Assembly: GCF_964194155.1 (NCBI RefSeq)
Contig: NC_135887.1
Coordinates: 95,294,001-95,358,000, forward strand
Direction: 5' to 3'
Length of the DNA stretch: 64,000 nucleotides
Source: Cetorhinus maximus
Lineage: Eukaryota
Of this stretch, positions 36,901 through 49,267 are shown piece by piece. The notes beneath the pieces were generated by a model. It was not told the origin of the DNA and made no database searches. It saw only the letters and a program-made list of their open reading frames with translations. A program made the position numbers and the translations under genes. How positions within the stretch are numbered: position 1 is the first letter of the stretch; each line of letters opens with the position of its first letter.

Positions 36901-39529
36901 AGGTGTTGTCTCCTCTCCATGTGTCTCCACTCCCTCCATCCACCCACCTATCTCCTGCCTGGGATCTATCTCCATCTGGCACAGAGGCTGGACATTCTGC
37001 CTGATACTATGGCGGTCTGAATCCATCAGGCTCCCCGAGTCACTCATTTTTCACTTGCAGCCCTCCAATCAAATGTTAATGAGGCCTGGCCTACAAAAAT
37101 ACCAGCAATCCTATGCCCCACAAAATACTGTCATATCCAATTATTTCTGAGGTTTGTCTTCTGCTTCTGATGTTGCCTCAGTCACAAATTTTTTTTAGTA
37201 TGTTTAGTTTTTAGCAAGTCAGCATTGTCCAACTTCACATCCCACAAATTCAGAATGCGTGCTTTGCTTCACAATAGATAACTGAAAAAATAGTTGCACA
37301 ACAAAGGATTCACTCAGCAGATGGAGAATCGTGAGATAATGAAACTTATGTTCAACTGAATAACTTCTCATTTTTTTTCCCACCCCAACAGTTTCAGAAG
37401 TTGTTAATTCACCACTAGATGTTGTGAAAAGCTATTATTAATCACAAATGCCCCCCAGCCATTCCTTGAAAATGACTTAGAAACATTTTGTTATGACTGT
37501 TCAAGATTATAAGATGCGGTCAGTATTCTGTGCATTATGCAAAAAAAATAATGCTGGTTCTAATCCTTAGCATATAATTCAGTGATGTCATTGACAGCTG
37601 TACCAAAAGGTATATGTTGCGTAGCATGTTAGCTGCAATGCTACACTATTGGACTTTGGATTTGATGAACAAGTTTGAATTCCTGAGTCAACAAATTCAT
37701 TCAAGATCTGGCTATCTCAACAAGTCATCTGCAGAAAGAAATGAAATACTGCCTTGCCATCATTAGATGGCACACTTGCTTTAAAATACATACTAAAGAA
37801 TGGAGAATGCTATCCAGCAGATGGAGAATTGTGAGACAGTGAGATCTCTGTTCAATTGAATAATTTTTAATTTTTTCAACCCCAACAGATTCAAAAATTG
37901 ACTTACAATACAAGTCCTTTTTCACTCATTGAATGCTGATATTAGGTAGTACTGACACAAATTTAGCACTGTTTACTACATTACTTAATGAAATAAACAA
38001 AGTTAAATGATCTATGAAATCACATGCATATGGATTTAAAGATGCATGATCGCTTTGTGCTGACCCACATAGAATAGTTAATTACAATATAAAGTTATTT
38101 TCTTGTTCTGTGCACTGGATATTGGCACAGTGCTCAGCAGACTGTTCTAATACGTTTTGTGTGAAGTATAAGTCTACATTTCAATTGGCAATGTTCCATG
38201 TGCATATTGTACATAATTCTCTTGCTGAGAGTTCAGACAGCTTTCTTTCCAAAGCTCCCTTTCCTAGAGCCTATTACTAAAAAAATGTATACAGTGGTAT
38301 GGAGTAGAGTCAACACTCTGCACATTTTTTATTTTCCCATATGGAGAAAAAGTTCAATTGAGGCTGCATCATGAGGGAATTATAAGAATGATTCCCTGTC
38401 CTCCAACTCCATTCTGCATCACTAGGTTGCTTAACTTGAGCAACATTTTCTATCCTCTAAAGGTTGATACTGCAATACTACTTAACCGAACATACTCCTG
38501 TAAAATGAAATCTATTTCAGGTATTTTGTAATTTATGTTAGAAAATTGAGCACCACAATCACAAAATTACATACATTATGACACATGACTGTAAAACTGA
38601 AGTCCTTCAGCCCATCATGGAAATGTATCTAATATCTCATTTATGCTCAAGCTACATTCAGAACATAGATCAGACCATTCAGAGGCATTAATCCCACTTT
38701 AATCATGGTGACATTTCACTATCAGTAACAAATATGGCTTAATAAAGCAAAGGAAGAAATATTCAACACCTGGCTGCCTATTTTTCACCTGAAAAGCAAG
38801 CAGCCAGCATTTGAAAGTTGGGGAGGCACCTTGCTTGTCACACTGACACTCTAGGCCCCCTGATGTCATATTAAGATGGGCCTGTAAATTGGAGAGGAGC
38901 CTGCCCATCTGCAACAGACATGAAGTTTGCTTAACTTTGAAAACCATGGTCCTATATCATTTGTAGGATTGCAAAATTCAGGTATAAATGTTATAACAGG
39001 GACCTCTGGCAAAAGACTCTCATGAAAAGGCACAGGAAATTTTGAGTTTTTATTTTTGAGTGGTTCCATGAAAGAAATAATACTCCTCCTGGTCCACAAA
39101 ATATCTCCAGCCCACTGCCAGCCATTCGAGGACCTCTTTGAAAATGTCGTCCCCCCTCGCTGAACTCAACCTACCAGCTACTCAGTGTAGGAGTTGGACA
39201 ATTTCACACCATCCTGACAGAAGAGCTCAGGTGGTGAGATCATATGATGCCCACATCCCACCAGCAGTATTTAAATAAGGCCCAAAACAAAATTTGGCAA
39301 TCATTTCACTGACTTTGTTTTAAATTTTAGATGCAAGTCAAGTTTCTTCCTAGCAGCCAACATCGGCCTGCCTGCACCTCAAGCTCCTACTTCTAATCTG
39401 CATACTTCTTAATCATGCCTCTTACATTTAAATTTAAATCAAAAATAAATACCACAAAAAGCAAGCGACCTAGTGTTGAGCTTATCCCTCAGCCATTATT
39501 CTTTTTTCCCTGCCACTCCTGCCACTCAG

Positions 39530-41110
39530 CCAATTTGCCACTTTCCTTTGGATCCCATAGGCTTTTACTTTTCAGACCAGTCTTCCATATGGAATCTTGC
39601 TAAAAGCCTTGTTAGAATCCACTACATCAAATCAGTCAACCCTCATTGTTAGCTCCTCAAAACATTCCAATCAAGTTAGTCAGACACAAATTTCCCTTAA
39701 CAAATCCATGCTGATTGTCCTTGATTAATCCATGCCTTTCAAAATAATAATTTGTACTGTCCCTCAGAAATCTTTCTATTAGCTTTCCCACAAATGGGTC
39801 ACTGTAATTAAGTCACTATCCCTTCCCCCCCCCCATTTTAAACAATGTTAGCAGTCCTCCAACAACAGCTTTAGCCAGAAGGGATTGAAAATGATGATCA
39901 GAACCTCCACTATTTCCTCCATTGCTTCTCTTCACAACCTGGGATACATTTCATTCGGGCCTGGCAGTTTATCTAGTTTCAAAGATGCTGAACCTAGATA
40001 TTTCTAGGTTTATGCCAGATATTTCTTCTCCATCATAACATCATCCAATATTTCACACTCCTCTTCCTTAACTACTCTTCTTCTTCTTAGGCAGTCTCTC
40101 GGGATCGAGAATGGCTTGCTCTCACTCCAGTTCATCGGGTTTTGAGATGGCTGATAAGTCCAATGCATGATCCGCAGACTCTGCCACAAGTGAGGCAGGT
40201 GGTGCTCAGAGATTTTCCAGATGAGCTGTTTGGAGGTTTGTGCGCTCTCTCCGACACTTCGACTTCACCTCCGTGTGTCCCCAATGGAGTCTCTGGATGT
40301 GTTCTGTGTCTTCCCAAATGAACTTTCTCCATTTTGGTCGGTCACAAGCCAGGGACTCCCATGAGTCGACGGGGATGTTTGGCCTCTGCAGGGACACTTT
40401 GATGACATCCCTAAAGCATTTCTGCTGTCCTCCCAGGAGTCTCTTGCCACAATCGAGTTCCAAATAGAGCAGTTGCTTTGGGATTCTGGTGTCAGGCATA
40501 CAAATGACATATCCTGCCCAGTGGAGATAGTATTGAGTGATTAATGTCTCGATGCTGGGCATGTTGGCTTGGGAGAGAATGCTGCTGTTGGAGTGCATTT
40601 CTTGTCACTTTAGCTACAACGTCTGTATCGTTTCCCCTCTTTTGTGAAGACAGATGCAAAGTATTCCTTAAGAACCATGCACCTGTCTTCCATCTCCACT
40701 TAACAGTTACCATTTGGGTGTCTAATGGGCCCTAATATTTACTTCATTATCGTTTTGTTCTTTATGTATTTATAAAACATCTTTGGATTTTCTTTGATGT
40801 TACTTGTCAGTATTTGTCATGCTCTAGCTTTGCTTTCCTAATTTCCTTTTTAACTTCACCATTGCATTTTCTATACTCCTCTAGGCTTTCTGCAGCATTG
40901 AACTCTCAGTGACACAAGCTTCCTTTTTCTTTAACTTATCCTACCCTCAATGCTCTTTGACATCCGGTGTGTTTGGATTTCGGAGTCGCATCCATTTTCT
41001 TTGCGGAAACATATTTTTGCAGAACACATGTGTCCTTCTTGAAAGACTCCCATTGCTCTGACACTGATTTACTTTCAAGTAGTTGTTTCCAGTCCACTTT
41101 TGCCAAATCA
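39530..41110 (-). mobile_element. CR1 LINE fragments, interrupted by an RTE 3' end
   Basis: Antisense CR1 RT segments (e.g. TTTCCCTTAACAAATCCATGCTG) matching 12840-12865. Confidence 0.65.
40076..40580 (-). mobile_element. RTE-clade LINE 3' end with C-terminal C2H2-like finger
   Basis: SIETLITQYYLHWAGYVICMPDTRIPKQLLY...GGQQKCFRD and CLTCGRVCGSCIGLISHLKT, with a (GAA)n tail at 40076-40088. Confidence 0.8.
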
Positions 41111-41335
41111 CATCAACAACACCAGGGCTTTGAGAGGAAACTTTGGCAGATCAGTAGGAGTTTCATATTGGCAGGTATTCAGTCCAGCTTGCTGCAACTC
41201 TACCATTGGCAGGAAAATCCATGCCTTAGTATTTGGGAGAAAGAAAGCATTGTACCCTGAATACTATTGTTCAATCCACAAGATTTGGAATTTAAACCCA
41301 ATTAATGACTAATAGGGATCATAAGCGAAATAGCT

Positions 41336-41470
41336 AAAAGTAAAATGCTGCAGATGCTGGAAATCTGAAACAAAAACAGAAAATGCTGGAAAAACTCAGC
41401 TGGTCTGGCAGCATCTGTGGAGAGAGAAACCGAGTTAACGTTTCAAGTCCATATGACCTTTCTTCAGAGT
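41336..41470 (-). mobile_element. short Penelope pLTR-derived element with the best-preserved hammerhead core
   Basis: Minus strand CTGAAGA-A-AGGTC(ATATG)GACTT-GAAAC-GTT-AACTC, then the shared ...CCACAGATGCTGCCAGACC...TTTCCAGCATCTGCAG tail. Confidence 0.75.
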
Positions 41471-41929
41471 GCAATAGATTTAGAAATAGATTGAGAAATA
41501 GAGTGAAATAGATTTAGATTCACACCTGAGCCCCAAGCTACCCTTATAATTTCCAATGGTCCATGATTAAAGTAAAAATACAGCCTGCTCCATGCAAAAA
41601 AAAATTCTACTTTCTTCACTTACAGAATTGTGCTGCACCTATTTTACAGGTGTATGGCAAGTGTACTCATTTGACGCTAGAAGTGCAACTACATTGGTTA
41701 GGATTCCTCCATAATTGTTCAGTGTGCACCTGAAACTGAAGTTATAGACCCACTGAGTTTGTGCATCAGGACTCAACAGCTGTTTCAGGCACTCAGGAAT
41801 CAAACCTTATTGTGGAGCCAGGAAGAGGGGTCATGCTCCTCCCAACTCCACACTAAAGCTTGCTTACAGGTCCTCACGATTGCCTCCTTTGCCACCCAGG
41901 ATGCCCCTGAGGACCTAGAGCCAATTGTG

Positions 41930-42170
41930 ATGCCAGAGCTGTGAGAGCAGTGGGGGTGGGGAGCCGCCAGAGCTGTGAGAGCAGTGGGAGAGGGGAGCAG
42001 TTCAGAGAAGGTTTACTAGATTAAATATATATGATTTTATTGAATGGCGAAGCAGGCTTGTAGGGCCAGGTGGCCTATTCCTGCTCCTAATTTTTATGTT
42101 TGTACCTATGTTTGTATAAGCTGCCAGAGCTGTGACAGCAGGGTGGGAAGGGAGTTGCCAGAGATGTGAG
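41930..42170 (+). repeat. GCCAGAGCTGTGAGAGCAG..GGG tandem repeat (~4 units) interrupted by a CR1 3'-end fragment (~41997-42117)
   Basis: Units at ~41932, 41966, 42123 and 42157. The intervening GAATGGCGAAGCAGGCTTGTAGGGCC...CCTATTCCTGCTCCT is a CR1 tail. Confidence 0.6.
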
Positions 42171-42329
42171 AGTGGTGGTGGGGGGAGAGGTTGCTGCTGG
42201 AACTCTTAGAGTGCGCAGACACGAAGAGATAGGGTACTGTGCATGCATGGAACCATGGAACCTGAGAGGTGGGACAGTGGACTCAGATACAGGACTCAGA
42301 TACATAAAATAAGGGACAGTTGGCTACCC

Positions 42330-43326
42330 CGCTTACCTCTAGCCTGGGTCACTCTGTGATACTGGGACTCTGGTGCCTGTCCTTCCCGCAGCAGCCACGG
42401 CCTCCCCAGTGCTGAGCAGAAGAGCTGGCGGCCCCTGACTGGCCCAGCCGCTCTGAGTAAGCAAGACTTCCACCCCCAGGGTCTTGATTCCAGGGGAAGG
42501 CCTGCTGCTGGCCTTGCCAATGCCTGATTGGCTTGTGGTTTGGCGGGCCTTCCTGAAAAGAGGTAGTGCAGGTCTCTCACTGGCTCTCCAGCTGGCAGGA
42601 CAGACCTCCACACCTCAACAAGATTTCGCCCCATATCAGCTCTGTTGTGACTGTTATGACTAGGTTATTAATGTATGATTAAGTTTTGCATCCGATTGCA
42701 ATGAACATTAGTGATCAATAAAAGACATGAATGAGATAACAAGGAATTACAAGATTATCACAGCTGCCTCCTAACCAATTTATTGTAATTAGGAATGTTT
42801 TTCAGAAACATTAGTCTAGAAACTGGACTATGCATATGTGCACCTAGTAACCCCTTGTCACATTCATCTGCCTCATTGGGATTATGCTGGCAAGCTATGT
42901 GTGGTCCCAGAGGTAGCCTGCTACTTATGGTGGTATTTCATGGGGTAGGGGGTCACAGGGAGAAGGGTGCAGGGGGGTTGGCAGCAAGGCCAGGGGGGTG
43001 GCTCTTAGCGGCCCCCTCCCCCACTTCCTGATGTTGAGTCCCTTGATCAGGCACTGAGTGCCTTTGATCGAGGAATGCCCCTCCCCAGAGGTGACAAACT
43101 GGCCACACAGTTTTACCTGTCGTGCACACCGCATGGTGACAGGCCCGCTTGCAGCTGGGCTAATAGTAACGGCGATGGGATGAAGCCCCTAAGTGGTCAC
43201 TAATTGGCCACTTAAGAGCCTCAGAACTTAATTCTGCCGGAGGTGGGAAGGCTGCAGGGTTCCTGTATCCCTGCCTAATTACACGCACTTCCCGCTCACC
43301 ACCAGCGAGAGCAGAAGATTCCACCC
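42330..43326. mobile_element. two Harbinger-type MITE fragments (right ends at ~42631 and ~43326)
   Basis: Termini AAGATTTCGCCCC and AAGATTCCACCC; subterminal CTAAGTGGTCACTAATTGGCCACTTAAG palindrome. Confidence 0.45.
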
Positions 43327-44651
43327 ATGGTTCAACAGCACATAATTTAATGCTTCAGATTTTCACAGAGCAAATAGCATAATAATCTATTCTTATGCTT
43401 CCACTCTGTTTCAATTAATGAAGATAGAATGATGAAATGCACAGGAAATCAATTTGGTTCTGAATGAGCTTATTGCTGGCAAAAATCATACTTACCCCTT
43501 ATAGGAATCCATTGTGTTGTATGCATATTTTAATTGTCATCGCAATACTGGTTAAAAGGTTAGTTATGTAAAAATGGAAATCCAGATTTTCACCTTCATA
43601 TAACCTCAATTGACAGATTTACCTGTTTACCTAATTTCTGGAGAATTAGTATGGGACGTGCAGAGAAATTAAATCAATTTCAAAAAGAACTTGGTATTGT
43701 TGAAAATAGATGTCAGTCAGAATCTCAGTGGCGATCTATGTAATCAGTTTAGTTTTCTAGCAGCAAAGAGCCCTAAAGAAAACAAATGGGTAAGTCAGTT
43801 TTGATGAGTGCTGTGTGAATTACTCAAAATCTCTCCACTCGTACATAAAGCTGCATCAACAATGGATGACATTTTGAATACGAATTAATTAAGTTTTTTT
43901 TGAGCTCTTTGCTGCTGACACCCAGGGAATTTTGATTTTCCTTTAATATTCTCCTTAACACTTCTACTTATTCATTTTGATTAGAAATGCATTAAGGAAA
44001 TTTTTACTTCCTGATAGTTTCAAAGTTCAAAAATGAATAAGGAAAATAATTCACAAGGGATTGTTGACTATATTTGAGGCCAAAGACAACTAGTGACCAA
44101 ACAAGATCACTTCATGATCTACACTGATTACTGAAGTTAGATCTCAATCAGTAATATTTTCATAATACTTCCTGTTGTAATGTTTCGTACAAGTAAGTGA
44201 TTTATGAGTGTTTATATATTTTATGAGTTTATTTTCAGACGAAGGACATTTTGGGGGTAGAATAAAGAATGGATGAGGTCATAAGTTGACTTGCATTTGT
44301 ACTTACTTCTCCAAATGAGAGTGCAGTGAATGAGTATAAGAACGAAACTCAAGAGCAACTGGGGTCATTGTTCAACTTGCCACTGGAGCATAAAGCTAAT
44401 ATTGAGGGTCAGGCACCAATTAGAGAAATAGTCTGAGTTTTCTCTTCATTGATTTTAATCAGAAAGGAAAGTTGGAAAATTTCTGTTGGTGCCCAAACCA
44501 CAAAGCCAATGTTGCACATGTCCCTTTGTTTTTCAAAAATATGAGTTTTCAATTTTCAACTGACTAGAAATTTTGCAATTTGAAATGAGACAGAGCAATC
44601 TGCTTAAAAATGCAAGGCCACATTGGTGAAGGTGAAAAACAAGCAAATCAC

Positions 44652-45449
44652 TGTCAGGGGGATATGAAGAGAAAGATATTTCCTATAATCAAGGCACACA
44701 TTGAAACTCATAACTGTCTAAGGAAGAGATGTTAAAAATGCAATGTACTGGATATTGAAACAATGGCTGCCGCAAACAGACCCACCCAAAACTTCTTGGA
44801 AATACACAATGGGTGAAGTATTTCAAGGCAAGGCTGCCCAGCCACTTTAGAGAGATTGCACGTGACACAGGTGGTATAAAAAAAAGTCTTTAGCAGAGGA
44901 AACAGGCTAAGGCTGCTGTCTCTCCCTCTCTCTCTTTTAGAATAAATGTGTCACACGGTTTGAGAAGCCAACACTACCAGAAGCCTACCAGCAAACCGAG
45001 ATCTTGTAATAATTGCAACATCTTCTACAACTGATCACATCCAAGAAAGCAGCTCACCCAAAAAAACCAACAGTGCTTAAAATCTACCCCTCAATGGCAA
45101 TCAAAGCACACTTAACTGCATATTCTTTTACCTTTTTTCTATTGGACTCTAACTTCCTTATTTCTGATACCTGTGTGCGTGGGTCCAAATGACTGCATGA
45201 GGGCCAAATGCTTGACATTGTGATTTTATTATTTTTCTCAGGTTTAGGGGTTAATAAATTTGCTCTCTCTTTGACTCAAGAAAACTTTGTTTGATTGGAT
45301 CCTGGTTGCTCACAGCTTAACTTAGCTAAATACATTCCGATTTGGAAAAGGCATATCCTTATGAAAAAGAAACTTAAACCTTTGTTGTGACCAACCATGG
45401 AGGTTGAATTGAGGGGATCCAGTTCACCCCTTCACACCTGATAGTAACA
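44652..45449 (+). mobile_element. solo LTR
   Basis: TGTCA...GTAACA termini and AATAAA. The 3' part (CTTTGACTCAAGAAA, TTGTTGTGACCAACCA) is homologous to 59860-60037. Confidence 0.6.
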
Positions 45450-45874
45450 CAGGCCAGCAGTATGTTGAAAATTACCCTGGTAATTTTGTTCTCATTGTGG
45501 TTGAATGAAAATGTGCTCAGAGACAATGGCCCAGATTTTGTGGTCAGCAACAAAAGAATGGTGCACGCCTTTGACGATGCCGACAGCTGCAAACAGTTTT
45601 TGCAGGCAAGCGGAAATTTGCTGTCATCAGGCATCTGATCCACTGTGGCACATTTATAGTTGCTATGTAGTGGATAAATAACGGGTAAGTACCACAACTT
45701 CGTGCCCTCACAGGTATTTCAATGCCGAGTTTATTGATGACATACCAGTATAGCACAGCCTGTAGAGGAGCAGGGTAACTGAGACTGCAGCTTCCAGATT
45801 TACACATCTAACTGTGCACGTGTGGATTCAGGAAGTTACTGTCTGATTTATTCCATTCTAATAATGAGTGTTGA

Positions 45875-46190
45875 TAGGCATAGTCGTCATGTTACTGGAC
45901 TAGTAATCCAGAGGCATGAGTTCAAATCCCAACACAGTAATTGGGGAATTTGAATTCAGTTATCTAAATAAATCTGGTATTTAAAAGCTAGTACCAGTAA
46001 TGCTGGCTTTGAAATTAATGGATTGTTGTAAAAACCCATCTGGTTCACCAATGTCTTTTAGGGAAGGAAATCTGCTATCTTTACCCAATCTGGCCCACAT
46101 GTGACTTCAGACCCATTTGACTTTTAGCTAGCAAGCCATCCAGTTGTACCAAACTGTTAGGCAATTGGGAATGGGCAAGGAATGCTGCTT
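45875..46190 (+). mobile_element. tRNA-derived SINE
   Basis: CTGGACTAGTAATCCAGAGG...GAGTTCAAATCCC head, the shared body AAAAACCCATCTGGTTCAC...TTTAGGGAAGGAAATCTGC, and a LINE-type tail. Confidence 0.75.
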
Positions 46191-47583
46191 CGGAATGCTG
46201 GGAGGTTTCTAGACACGACGATGTAACCATCAAAAGATTTTGGCAGACTTGATGCACCAGCTGGTCTTCTTGTGCCATCAAGTTCATATGTTTCTAATTT
46301 CAATGCTTGCTTGACCATTTATTATTTCAAGAACTGATCAGTAACCAGGTGAAATACCTACAGTATATATAATCTCCGACATCCTACTTTATCTGTAAAT
46401 GTTTTTAAGTATCTACAGAATTTAGTATCTTGGTTGGACTCATACATATGGACGATGGAAAAATGTAATTATAGGAAACCGTCACATGTTCTATTTCCAC
46501 ATTAAGCCATGTAAAACTAACAAAAAATAATAATCACAAGGCAGAACCACACAAGTAGAATGAATACTGGATCAAACAGGAACAGCTATTTTGGTTCTGT
46601 GTCTGTAAGTCTCATTCTAAAATATCAACACTGTTCCCTTCATCTGCAGTCAGCATTTATAAATAGACTAGAACAAATGTAAATTAATTCCATCTTTCTG
46701 TCAGATACCTTTGACATGTATAGTCAACTTCACAATAATTGACAGTATGATAAATATGCTTTATGCATACTTCGAATACTTCATGTACTTCAATAGTACT
46801 GCCAGCAACTCATTTTACTGCTAAAACTTGCTTAGTTGATGTCTGTCAAATTGAATTTGGGACTGTGAAGCTCCCTGACCTTGTTGTTACTTTTTTAGTA
46901 GCAATGAATTGAATGTGTGCTGCTAAGTCTTCTCATCATTATCTATTCTTCAGTCAAAACCTTCCACTCACTACCTTGTAGACAGAACACCCAACGCCGA
47001 ATATCAGATCACTTATGATTTACGCATGTTTGCATCCAGGAGCTGTAAACCGATTCACAGTTATGTTGTAGACTGTGATGAGCGAAGTTTTGCTGCTAAC
47101 AACACAGCTGACTCAATGGTAAATACTCCACAATGCTGATTACAGCACAGCAAGTAGCTGTCAGTATGGAACATGTTGTTTCTCTAGATGCTTTCTCAGT
47201 TTCTGAACAGACTTGAAGTGAACCGTAACGTAAACTGACAGACACCTGACTGATTTATTGACTTCCCTGGTTACATTGTGCTTTTGTGTTTCCTTCTATA
47301 GCTTTTCACTTTTTCACAGAATCCTTTGCGTATTATTTATCAGCTTTTTGACAAGTCTACGGACAATGTAGTGTACTCCAGACGACTCAACAAACCGAAA
47401 CCTGCTCCAGTAATAAACTGCGAAATAAAAGGTGAAAATCAATTACATCCATTTTAAAATAAACGTTTTTAGATTATCAGTTTAAGGGTTCTGTTTCTCG
47501 AAGTGCTACTATACCAAAGAAAAGATTGACAGTTTTTTAATAAGACCATTGACCTTAATGAGCAGCCTGCACGATTACATACA

Positions 47584-47639
47584 TTTGTGCACCATATACA
47601 CTTGGAAAATACATTTTCCAAGTGTATATGGTGCACAAA
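47584..47639. repeat. perfect inverted repeat (27-bp arms, 2-nt spacer)
   Basis: TTTGTGCACCATATACACTTGGAAAAT-AC-ATTTTCCAAGTGTATATGGTGCACAAA. Confidence 0.95.
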
Positions 47640-49150
47640 GGAAGGGGATAGATAAATAGATAAAAACAATAGGAATAAGAGAGCATTATATCATTGATTT
47701 GTCAGTAAAACTGGTTTTGATGATCTTACATCCAGTTTCTATAAGAAACTTTTCTCACCACCTTCTCAGAGCAATTAGAGATAAGCAATAAGTGCAAATT
47801 TGCCAGGATCACTCACATCCTGTAAATAAATTCTTAACATTTACCAATATTTTGATAGTTGCCAAGATATTAGCTGTACATGTATGATAGCATCTGCAGT
47901 TGCTGATGAGTGTGTTAATTTCTGAACATTATGTATTAATATAGAAAGCTTAGATTCTATTTAGAAAGGCTTCCTTTTATGTTCAACAATATTTGATGGG
48001 GTAGATTGATTTCAAACTCCCTACGCTTTTGTACAATAGAACAATCTATATTTCAGAGTGCTTTCTATTCTCGTTTTCAAGTGGTCATTTTACTGGAAAT
48101 GTTTCATGCTTTTTTCTGCTCAATATAGAAAACAAATAGAACTTCTGACCTTTTTTTTGTTAACAGTACTGTAATCCATACAGAGACATTCTACCTTTTC
48201 ACAATGCTGCCAAAAGCATTTGACCACCTTTTATTTTATATCCAGCATTTTGAGAATATTCATTGCATTTGAAAAGATTTTTGGAAAGAAAAGATCCCAT
48301 TATGGTGTATTTTCCACCCTGAAACCATACATTTATAAATTCCTTCCAATCTGCAAACTTCCCTTGCTGAACAGCAATTAAATGGTCCCCAGGTTGCCTT
48401 GATTCAGAGCAGTTTGACTTGGTAATCTTGAAGGGTGCATGCCAAGTCACTTTAGCAGCAGAATAAAACATATGCATTACATAATGTAAAACTCCTGGCA
48501 ATATAAAACAGCACATCATCAGGCTTATCATTAGCAATGCCATGAGGGACTCACTAGTTTACCAGAAGAAAGAAAGAACCTCAGGCTGAAAAATACATGG
48601 GAATAAGTTGTAAAGTTTAATTGCAATCCTGCAATATGGTGGCCTTTGTAAACATTTATCACCTTGGAGAAATCTGATATTTGGTAATTTTTGCCTTCCC
48701 ACTGTTTCAACAATAATGTATATTAAATTACCATTAAAGGACATATCAGAATTTTTCCAGTTCCAATGACTTCTCATTATTCATTCTCAGCAAATCGGGG
48801 CTCAACAAACTGTTAATTTTCCCATATATAATTATCTATTCACAATCAACAACAAATTACATATATATTGCTAATAATGTTTTAGACCCTCACAGGTTAC
48901 CTAACAAAGGAGCAGTTTGGGAACCTTAGAAAAAGGAAAATTCTACTTCCATTAATATGCCATTTTATCATATACTCTATCAAAAATCTCTCAATTCACT
49001 TAGGGCAGAATTTTGCTCTTGTCGGGCGGGCTCGGCGGGGGCAGTCAGGAAGCTGACAGTAGCCTGCAATTGAGGCCGGAAGGCGATTTCATGCTGGCGG
49101 GCCAATTAAGGCCCGTCCAGCGTGAAAGCCAGCTGGAGAACCTCCAAGAA

Positions 49151-49216
49151 GGGGCGGGTGTGGGCGGGGCCTATTGTCTGCGGGGTCCAATAGCAATCCG
49201 CCGGCCGGTTCAAAAG
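49151..49216 (+). promoter_or_regulatory. putative internal promoter of the Harbinger Myb/SANT gene
   Basis: Two GC boxes (49151-49158, 49162-49169), CCAAT (49187-49191) and TTCAAAAG in CpG-rich DNA, ~55-120 bp before ATG 49268. Confidence 0.4.
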
Positions 49217-49267
49217 CAGTGCAGCCAGCCCCAGGGAGGCTGCATGCGTTGGAGTTGCAGCAGCGAC

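Noticed and set aside
41930-42170. CRISPR-like repeat-spacer array
   Set aside because: Eukaryotic context, irregular units, no cas genes; it is a simple minisatellite broken by a CR1 tail.
43760-43795. Possible micro-exon (TTTTCTAG...AAATGG/GTAAGT)
   Set aside because: Splice-like motifs occur often by chance and no partner exons were found.
48199-48543. 114-aa minus-strand ORF with a hydrophobic N-terminus
   Set aside because: No family motif; length is compatible with chance.
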